Of a stretch of 32,000 bases of DNA, positions 10,260 through 16,740 are shown piece after piece. Both the position numbers and the translations under genes were made by a program. How positions within the stretch are numbered: position 1 is the stretch's first letter; each line of letters begins with the position of its first letter. Below the pieces are notes generated by a model that saw nothing but the letters and a program-made list of their open reading frames with translations, did not search any database and was not told the origin of the DNA. Source of the DNA: Candidatus Electrothrix sp. GW3-4 (GTDB lineage Bacteria > Desulfobacterota > Desulfobulbia > Desulfobulbales > Desulfobulbaceae); assembly GCF_037902255.1 (NCBI RefSeq), contig NZ_CP147990.1:3180001-3212000 (forward strand), read 5' to 3'.

Positions 10260-10583
10260 ATGAAAGAACTGATCGCGTTCGAGATGGATGGGCAGCCAGT
10301 CTATGTAGAGGCCGAGGTCTCTGAAAAAGAAAAGATGCAGCGAGTCAGCCGGAGCGGCAAGACAGAGCCGGTACAGGCGGAATCCCGCTTTACTGAAGCC
10401 GTGGAGCGGATCAAACCGGCGGCTGAGGTGGTGCTCAAGGCCTTTCGGGAGATGAATACCCCAGATGAGATTGGCTTGGAGTTTGGGCTCAAGTTCAATG
10501 CCAAGGCTGGGGTGGTCTTTGCCTCCACAGATAGCGAGGCCACCTTCAAGGTTACGTTGAAGTGGAATAACCCGAAGTCATAA
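10260..10583 (+). CDS. Trypco2-like small protein (trypsin-co-occurring domain 2 / CU044_2847-like family)
   Basis: 107-aa ORF, 11 bp after the YcaO stop and 16 bp before the trypsin-STAND gene. Its layout matches my recollection of this family: N-terminal (I/V)xFExDGxxVxVE, central helical stretch, C-terminal EIGLEFGLKFNAKAGVVFA...EATFKVTLKW. Position directly next to a trypsin-like peptidase fits the family definition. Not verified by search. Confidence 0.55.
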   Translation: MKELIAFEMDGQPVYVEAEVSEKEKMQRVSRSGKTEPVQAESRFTEAVERIKPAAEVVLKAFREMNTPDEIGLEFGLKFNAKAGVVFASTDSEATFKVTLKWNNPKS

Positions 10584-10599
10584 GCGCAGAGCAAGCCCG

Positions 10600-13500
10600 A
10601 TGCCCTCCCCTTCTCTGGATACCGCCCTTGTCCGCATCCTGATCGATGACCAGGAGCCCCGCCGCCCCGAGGGCGCGGGCTTTCTGGTCACGCCGACGCA
10701 TATCCTCACCTGCGCCCATGTGGTCAATGCGGCCCTGCGTCGCAATGAACAGGCAGCTGACCCGCCTGCTGCGGAGATCTTTCTCGATTTCCCCCTCCTG
10801 AATGATCAGGCCCTGCTCAGGGCAAAGGTGCTCCATTGGTTTCCGGTGTCCGAAGAACCGGCTCCTGATAGGCTGGAAGACATTGCTGTTCTGGAGCTGT
10901 GCCCGGAAACGCCCTTACCTGCTGAGGCCCGGCCCGCATCCCTTGTCGCCCTGGACAACGCAGCCTCCTTAGCTGATCATCGACTGAGGATGTGCGGTTT
11001 TCCCGGTGGGGTTGACCAAGGCACGTATATTGATGGGCTGCTCAAGGGGCGAACCGGGGCTGGTTATTGGGAAATCCACCCGCAGGATAAAAACAGACCG
11101 ATTGAACGAGGCTTCAGCGGCACAGCGGTCTGGGCAGTGAAGGAGAATGCGGTCTGCGGGATGATCAACAGCAGGTTACGGAGAAAACCGGATCTGGAAA
11201 ACGGCCCGGTCATTACCGGCTACATGCTCCCTGTTGCCACCCTGATCAAGGCCTTTCCTGAGCTGGATCAGCACAGCCGCCCGGCCAATCCCTATCGCGG
11301 CCTGGAGGCCTTCCGGGAAAAGGATGCCCGTTTCTACTTCGGCAGGGAGGCGGATACGAATGCACTCAGGAAAAAGGTTACGCAGCAGCCCTTCACCGCC
11401 GTGATCGGTGCCAGCGGCAGCGGCAAATCCTCCTTAGTGCTTGCTGGTGTGATTCCGGCCCTGCGCAGAACTGGCAACTGGCTCATCGCCGCCTGTCGTC
11501 CCAAGAAGCAGCCCTTTTATGAGCTGGCGGCCTGCCTTGTTCCCCTGCTCTACGATGATGAACTGGAGTTGATCAAAAGGACACGGCAATGCGCTACCGA
11601 TCTGAGGGCTGGCGAGTTATCCCTGTCCGACCTGATCCGACGCATTATGCAGAAAAGAGGGGCGCAGCGTTTCCTGCTGCTTGTTGATCAGTTCGAGGAA
11701 CTCTACACCCTGAATGCGGACACCGAGGCCCGGTGTTTTATCGACTTGCTGCTGAAAGCCGGAGAGACAGAGCTGTTGAGCGCGGTTATCACCATGCGGG
11801 CAGATTTTCTGGAAACCGCACTGCACTACGGTGTCTTTGCCGAGGCCCTGAAAAAAGCGTTGATCATTGTCCCGCCGATCAACGAGCACGGGTTGCGGGA
11901 GGCGGTGGAAAAGCCTGCCGAACTGTTCAAGGTGGGCTTTGCATCCGGGCTGGTTGATCTGATTATCCGGGATGTAGGTCAGGAACCGGGCAATCTGCCC
12001 CTGCTGGAGTTCTGCCTGACCCAGCTCTGGGAGCGGCAGGAGTTCCGGGAGATTAATCATGATGCCTATAAGGCCATCGGCGGGGTACAGCAGGCCCTGG
12101 CCAATCATGCCGATGCGGTCTATGCCGAGTTTACGGAACAGGAGCAGGAACAGCTCCGGCATATCTTTCTCCGGCTGGTCCGTCCGGGACAGGGCACCGA
12201 GGATACCCGACAGGTGGCGAGCTTAGAGCAAATTCGGGCGGAAGATCGGGCCTTGGTCACCCGGCTGGCGGATAAGCGGCTCATCGTGACCGGGCGGGAT
12301 GAAGAACGCGGGGAAGAGACTGTTGAGGTGGTTCATGAGGCGTTGATTCGCCGTTGGCAGACCCTGCGGCAATGGGTGTATGAGGAACGGGAATTTCTGG
12401 TCTGGCAGGAAAAGTTGCGGGTTTTACTGGAGCAGTGGGAAGAGAGCGGGCGAGATGAAGGAGCCTTGTTGCGGGGGTTGCCGCTAGATGAGGCGTTGCG
12501 ATGGGAGAAAACACATGCAGTTCATTTGACTGATGAGAAGAGAGAGCTTATTGCAGCGAGTGAGAAACTGCGGGAGCGGGAGAGAAAAAAACGAGAAATA
12601 GCACGAAGGGAACGAAAAAAATTATTCTCTGAGGCCAGTTATAATCTCGCCAAAGTTTATGAGGAAAAAGCATTAAGTTCTTTAAAAAAAACTGAGGAAA
12701 AATTTGATATTGCAGAGTGTAAAAAAGTAATTTTGTATGCAGCCGCCGCCTTGGCGCAAAAGATTGAACATCAACAAAACGCCTTAGATTCTTTTTCCAT
12801 GGACGCACTCTTTGCTTTACATGTATTTCGGGCCGCACTGGCGGAACTGTGGGTTTCTCCTATGCATCAAGACATTGTTGAGAATATCTTTTTTGGTTTT
12901 CATGGCAGACTGCTGGTTTACACTTCCAATGCTAAAAAAAATGTATGGGATGTTGCAACTGGTGAAGAAGTCAATATAACAGGCGATCAGGTTATTCCTG
13001 ACCGAGGCACGATAGGCACCGTTATAAGAGACAGAGAAATGACCCTACCAGGGTTAGGGTGGCTAGCAGGGTGCGACCCTATGGTTACGGATACTGTGAG
13101 TCCAGACGGGAACTTAAGTGCATCGATTCGCTCAGGATCTGTGCATATTAGAAATCTAAGAACCGAAGAAGCGGTAACCATCAAACATATCAGTAAAATT
13201 CGCTGTATTTCATTCAGCCCTGACAGCAAGATGTTAGCTTCTGCTTCCGATGACAAAAGATTGCGGCTTTGGGACTGTGTAGTAGATGAGATACTGGCAG
13301 CAGCATTGGTAACACCGGTAGACTTAGTCTATAGTGAGTACATCGACCTTATACGGGTTGGAGTAAGGACAAGGACAGCTGGGAATCGAGCATCTTGGTT
13401 TTGTGGCCCTATTCCTTACACCCTTTTTCTCCACAACTCCAAATCCACCCCCCTCTACCACACCTTCATCGACGCCGTAAAATTCCTCTGGCAACTGGAC

Positions 13501-13644
13501 GTACAGGGCCTGGAAATCGTCAAAACAAAACGCCGTACCCCGGCAGACCTAAAAAAATACGGCACTCTGCTCGCACCCCCGCCACCCGGCCAAAGCAAAT
13601 TCGACCAAGTGCTGGAATGGGCCGAGAAGCAGCAGGGGAAATAA
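10600..13644 (+). CDS. Trypsin-like serine protease / STAND (NACHT-like, nSTAND-type) P-loop NTPase / coiled coil / degenerate WD40 fusion protein
   Basis: 1014-aa ORF. Protease triad candidates: H40 in ILTCAHVV (nt 10717-10719), D94 in EDIAVLEL, S173 in RGFSGTAVW. The linker NPYRGLEAFREKDARFYFGRE and Walker A GASGSGKSSLVLAG (nt 11407-11430), with Walker B LLLVDQFEELY (D363 at nt 11686-11688), are the hallmark of the STAND clade usually fused to WD40/TPR arrays. The C-terminus has a lysine/glutamate coiled coil and only about 3 recognisable WD40-like blades; the best is IRCISFSPDSKMLASASDDKRLRLWD. Confidence 0.85.
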   Translation: MPSPSLDTALVRILIDDQEPRRPEGAGFLVTPTHILTCAHVVNAALRRNEQAADPPAAEIFLDFPLLNDQALLRAKVLHWFPVSEEPAPDRLEDIAVLELCPETPLPAEARPASLVALDNAASLADHRLRMCGFPGGVDQGTYIDGLLKGRTGAGYWEIHPQDKNRPIERGFSGTAVWAVKENAVCGMINSRLRRKPDLENGPVITGYMLPVATLIKAFPELDQHSRPANPYRGLEAFREKDARFYFGREADTNALRKKVTQQPFTAVIGASGSGKSSLVLAGVIPALRRTGNWLIAACRPKKQPFYELAACLVPLLYDDELELIKRTRQCATDLRAGELSLSDLIRRIMQKRGAQRFLLLVDQFEELYTLNADTEARCFIDLLLKAGETELLSAVITMRADFLETALHYGVFAEALKKALIIVPPINEHGLREAVEKPAELFKVGFASGLVDLIIRDVGQEPGNLPLLEFCLTQLWERQEFREINHDAYKAIGGVQQALANHADAVYAEFTEQEQEQLRHIFLRLVRPGQGTEDTRQVASLEQIRAEDRALVTRLADKRLIVTGRDEERGEETVEVVHEALIRRWQTLRQWVYEEREFLVWQEKLRVLLEQWEESGRDEGALLRGLPLDEALRWEKTHAVHLTDEKRELIAASEKLRERERKKREIARRERKKLFSEASYNLAKVYEEKALSSLKKTEEKFDIAECKKVILYAAAALAQKIEHQQNALDSFSMDALFALHVFRAALAELWVSPMHQDIVENIFFGFHGRLLVYTSNAKKNVWDVATGEEVNITGDQVIPDRGTIGTVIRDREMTLPGLGWLAGCDPMVTDTVSPDGNLSASIRSGSVHIRNLRTEEAVTIKHISKIRCISFSPDSKMLASASDDKRLRLWDCVVDEILAAALVTPVDLVYSEYIDLIRVGVRTRTAGNRASWFCGPIPYTLFLHNSKSTPLYHTFIDAVKFLWQLDVQGLEIVKTKRRTPADLKKYGTLLAPPPPGQSKFDQVLEWAEKQQGK

Positions 13645-13646
13645 GA

Positions 13647-13662
13647 GCGTTTCGCGAAACGC
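13647..13662 (+). terminator. 16-bp perfect palindrome immediately after the STAND gene stop (possible weak terminator/hairpin)
   Basis: GCGTTTCGCGAAACGC at 13647-13662, 3 nt after the TAA at 13642-13644. No T-run follows. Confidence 0.25.
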
Positions 13663-13751
13663 CCTTACTGCCGCCACACCATTCTTGCATCTTTGCACAC
13701 TCAGCTGTATCGTAAAGAAGTGGTCACAACAACATAACAGAGCGTGCCAAA

Positions 13752-14051
13752 ATGACATTAGACAGGAAAGCGTTACAAGCCATCAAGAAATACCTCATCG
13801 GCCAGCCGGTAAAAAAAGCCTACCTGTTCGGCTCCCACGCACGAGGGACAGCCAACGCTACCAGTGATATCGACATCCTTGTGGAGCTGGATCGGACCAA
13901 ACCCATCGGGCTGCATTTTGTCCGAATGAAACTTGAGCTGGAAAATCTCTTGCAGGCCAAGGTCGATCTGCTTTCCGACAAAGGCATCTCAAAATATATA
14001 CGTCCGTACATAGAGCACGACAAAACGCTGATCTATGAAAAAGATGCTTGA
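13752..14051 (+). CDS. mntA: MntA-type nucleotidyltransferase antitoxin (MNT domain, type VII TA)
   Basis: 99-aa ORF with the minimal nucleotidyltransferase motif GSHARGTANATSDIDILV (GSxxRG...DxD). It overlaps the downstream HepT gene by 17 nt. Confidence 0.85.
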   Translation: MTLDRKALQAIKKYLIGQPVKKAYLFGSHARGTANATSDIDILVELDRTKPIGLHFVRMKLELENLLQAKVDLLSDKGISKYIRPYIEHDKTLIYEKDA

Positions 14052-14382
14052 TGACAAAGCGCGATTACAGCATATCTTAGACGCAATCCTTGAGATTGAA
14101 GAGTACATGACAACTCACGCTGAGGCTGATTTTTTCAGCAACTCGATGTTGTCTTCCGCATGTATCCGCCAGCTGGAGATAATAGGTGAAGCGGCAGGAA
14201 GAATTTCCAAAGAACTCAGGACGGCATCACCAACTATCCGATGGAAGGAAATTATCGGTCTGAGAAATATGCTGATCCATGAATACTTCGGCGTTGACCT
14301 GGATATCGTCTGGGAAATCATACAAACAGATCTGCCTGGTTTCAAGAATGAAGCCAAAACGTTACTGGACAGCTTAAACTAA
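14035..14382 (+). CDS. hepT: HepT-type (DUF86/HEPN) RNase toxin
   Basis: 115-aa ORF carrying the HEPN Rx4HxY motif (RNMLIHEY). Overlapping gene pair with the MNT gene, the canonical MntA-HepT arrangement. Confidence 0.85.
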   Translation: MKKMLDDKARLQHILDAILEIEEYMTTHAEADFFSNSMLSSACIRQLEIIGEAAGRISKELRTASPTIRWKEIIGLRNMLIHEYFGVDLDIVWEIIQTDLPGFKNEAKTLLDSLN

Positions 14383-14447
14383 GCTGAATGAGAACATCCT
14401 CCTCCTGTGGTTGCCGTTGAACACAATACAAAAAAAAGAAAACACCC

Positions 14448-14579
14448 ATGCCCCCTCTCCCAAAAGACGCTCGCAACATCCTTATCCGTTCCACCAACTG
14501 GATTGGCGACGCCATCATGACCACCCTGCTCAACCTCCTGAAAAAGCCCTTGCATCAAAGAATAAAAAATCTCGTTTGA
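14448..14579 (+). pseudogene. N-terminal remnant (43 codons) of a GT9 lipopolysaccharide heptosyltransferase-like gene
   Basis: My translation is MPPLPKDARNILIRSTNWIGDAIMTTLLNLLKKPLHQRIKNLV*. The ILIRxxNWIGDAIMTT...L..LK stretch matches the conserved N-terminus of RfaF/WaaC-type heptosyltransferases, which are normally about 320-350 aa. The frame stops after 43 aa. Too short to appear in the ORF track. Confidence 0.5.
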
Positions 14580-14770
14580 CAAAAAGTGACTTTTCTAATA
14601 AAGATTAATAGTTGTTTATCCGTGAAGGATACAGACTTTCCCCTCCGACGGACTCATTGACCAGAAAGCCTGCCACACAGGGGGGGACCGTTCCCTTCAC
14701 GTCATAGATCAGTAGTCAGGCAACATTATTTTTCTCAAACATATAAACCACAAGCGACGGAATACGTAAT

Positions 14771-15367
14771 ATGAAACACCTTGCTCTCCCCTTGATTCTT
14801 ATGCTCCTCCTTTTTTCAGGCTGTGACCTGCTGGATGATGACGATGATGACTCCAGCGATGGCGGAACAGAAGTCGTGGCTGCAGAAAATTCAACCTCCA
14901 CGACCACCACCTCCTCTTCGACAGCAACATCAAGCTCATCCACGGTGGAACTGGGGGCTTTTTCCGATTTTAGTTGCTCCAGCGGCTGGACAAATCGGGA
15001 CGGAGCTCTGGGCTTGTCTCCCCATTCAGGAAGCGGTACCTGCCAGGCAACATTTCCTGGTGCATCAGGTAGCTACAGAATAACCATCACTGTCCAGACC
15101 GAGTTTGACGGGACTTCCCCCTATGCGCTCTATATTAATGACAACGGTGCTGCCTCGGGTCGTTACCCCTTGGCGCCAGGTTGTGAAAATGACTGTCATC
15201 CAGATGATTGGCGTAGTCAGTGTCCTGATAGAAATGTAAATCTTGATGCAGGCACCCATAGTGTCTCCACTGGCGACATTATCAAGTTTTATGGTGAAGA
15301 AGACTGGAACTGCGATGACCATGGCGCCTATGCCAAATGGCATAAGATCACTTTTACGCGTATCTAA
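14771..15367 (+). CDS. Lipoprotein of unknown function (lipobox, poly-Asp and Ser/Thr-rich linker, Cys-rich C-terminal domain)
   Basis: 198-aa ORF. Signal peptide plus lipobox MKHLALPLILMLLLFSGC, then DLLDDDDDDSSDGG and STSTTTTSSSTATSSSS low-complexity linkers. An approximately 130-aa domain with 8 Cys follows. No recognised motif. Confidence 0.65.
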   Translation: MKHLALPLILMLLLFSGCDLLDDDDDDSSDGGTEVVAAENSTSTTTTSSSTATSSSSTVELGAFSDFSCSSGWTNRDGALGLSPHSGSGTCQATFPGASGSYRITITVQTEFDGTSPYALYINDNGAASGRYPLAPGCENDCHPDDWRSQCPDRNVNLDAGTHSVSTGDIIKFYGEEDWNCDDHGAYAKWHKITFTRI

Positions 15368-15393
15368 TTATTCTTCAAGTTATCCTTCAAATC

Positions 15394-15843
15394 ATGGGCT
15401 GGAAAACGGGCGGGCTGCTCTGGCTCGCCCTTGTTTCTCTCCTCTTCGCAGGACAGGCGCTTGCCTCGTCCCCTCCTTTCGCCTCGGTCCAAAGTGGATT
15501 ATACAAGGATACAACCTTTGCCGAGGCAGTCACCGCTTTTACTCCATATGAAAAAATCTACCTGCTGGTTGAGCTCCAACAGCTGCAACCGGGGAAATAT
15601 ACCCTGACCACGGATTGGCTCACCCCTTGGGGAGAGCTGGAGCACCAAAGCAATTATTCCTTTGAACTAACAAAGACAAAGCCACTCTGGAAGGCCTATT
15701 CCTGGCTCAATCTTTGGAAGAACGGTCCGGTGAAGCGTTTGCTTACAGGTGAGGATTTTAAAAAGAAATTTTATGGGACCTGGACGGTCCGTCTCTTTCT
15801 CAACGGTAAACAAATCCATAACCAGAGCTTTGATGTGCAGTAG
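15394..15843 (+). CDS. Secreted protein of unknown function
   Basis: 149-aa ORF with a signal peptide (LLWLALVSLLFAGQALA/SS), 26 bp after the lipoprotein gene. Followed by a terminator-like hairpin. Confidence 0.6.
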   Translation: MGWKTGGLLWLALVSLLFAGQALASSPPFASVQSGLYKDTTFAEAVTAFTPYEKIYLLVELQQLQPGKYTLTTDWLTPWGELEHQSNYSFELTKTKPLWKAYSWLNLWKNGPVKRLLTGEDFKKKFYGTWTVRLFLNGKQIHNQSFDVQ

Positions 15844-15876
15844 GCCTGGGGCACGCTGCGGCTTGGCCTTTTTTTT
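15842..15876 (+). terminator. Rho-independent terminator candidate
   Basis: AGGCC (15842-15846) pairs with GGCCT (15865-15869). A small inner GCA/TGC stem is present. A run of 8 T follows (15869-15876) right after the stop at 15843. The stem is short and the loop is large. Confidence 0.45.
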
Positions 15877-15897
15877 ATTCAGGGGAGGATGCATTTC

Positions 15898-16701
15898 ATG
15901 CAGCCATCCGGCATCATAAGTTTGACAACTGATTTTGGCCTGCGTAATCCCTATGTCGGTCAGATGAAGGGGGCGATCCTCCGAAGGAACCCGGCAGTCC
16001 GACTGGTGGACCTCAGTCATACAGTTGCAAGACAGGATATTGCTGAGGCAGCCATTGTCCTGCACAGTAGTTATGCCTTTTTTCCCTCAGACACCGTGCA
16101 TCTGGTTGTTGTTGATCCTGGCGTGGGCAGTCATCGGAGGATTTTAGTCGCTGAGGGCGATGAGCAGATCTTTGTGGCCCCGGATAATGGGGTGTTATCT
16201 CTGCTTCTGCGTGATGGGCTTCTCAACAGGGTCTACTGTGTTGAACAAAGGGAACTCTTTGCCGAGGCTATCAGCCCCACCTTTCATGGACGGGATATCA
16301 TGGGGCCAGTAGCGGCTACCTTGGCAGGTGGGCTGGCTTTAGCTGCGGTGGGATCAGAGTCCTCGCTGGCCTCTTGCGTCTGCCTGGACCTGCCTGTCGC
16401 CCGGGTGTCAGAGACAAAGGTTGAAGGAGAGGTACTCCAGATAGATCATTTCGGCAATATCCGCACAACAATTTGCAGCACAGACCTGGAACATCTTGCT
16501 TGCCCGCAGCGATGTTGGGTGCAGATGAACGAGTTCGTCATACAGGGCATCAGCACTACCTATGCCGAGACAGGGCCAGGCAAACTCATTGCCCTACTCG
16601 ATAGTGCTGATTATCTCGAGATTGCGGTAAATATGGGCAGCGCCGCAGAACAGACCCAATGCCGCATCGGCGATCCTGTCCAGATCGACTGCCCGAAGTA
16701 A
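15898..16701 (+). CDS. SAM hydrolase / S-adenosyl-L-methionine hydroxide adenosyltransferase family protein (DUF62; same fold family as fluorinase FlA and chlorinase SalL)
   Basis: N-terminal block ISLTTDFGLRNPYVGQMKGAI, then VVVDPGVGS and APDNGVLS, are characteristic of DUF62. I prefer the ATG at 15898 (GGAGG at 15884-15888, 9-nt spacing) over the track start at 15889, which has no spacing to the SD. Confidence 0.85.
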   Translation: MQPSGIISLTTDFGLRNPYVGQMKGAILRRNPAVRLVDLSHTVARQDIAEAAIVLHSSYAFFPSDTVHLVVVDPGVGSHRRILVAEGDEQIFVAPDNGVLSLLLRDGLLNRVYCVEQRELFAEAISPTFHGRDIMGPVAATLAGGLALAAVGSESSLASCVCLDLPVARVSETKVEGEVLQIDHFGNIRTTICSTDLEHLACPQRCWVQMNEFVIQGISTTYAETGPGKLIALLDSADYLEIAVNMGSAAEQTQCRIGDPVQIDCPK

Positions 16702-16740
16702 CCGCTGTTGTTGTGTTGCCTGATAAAAGGGGCCCAGAGC

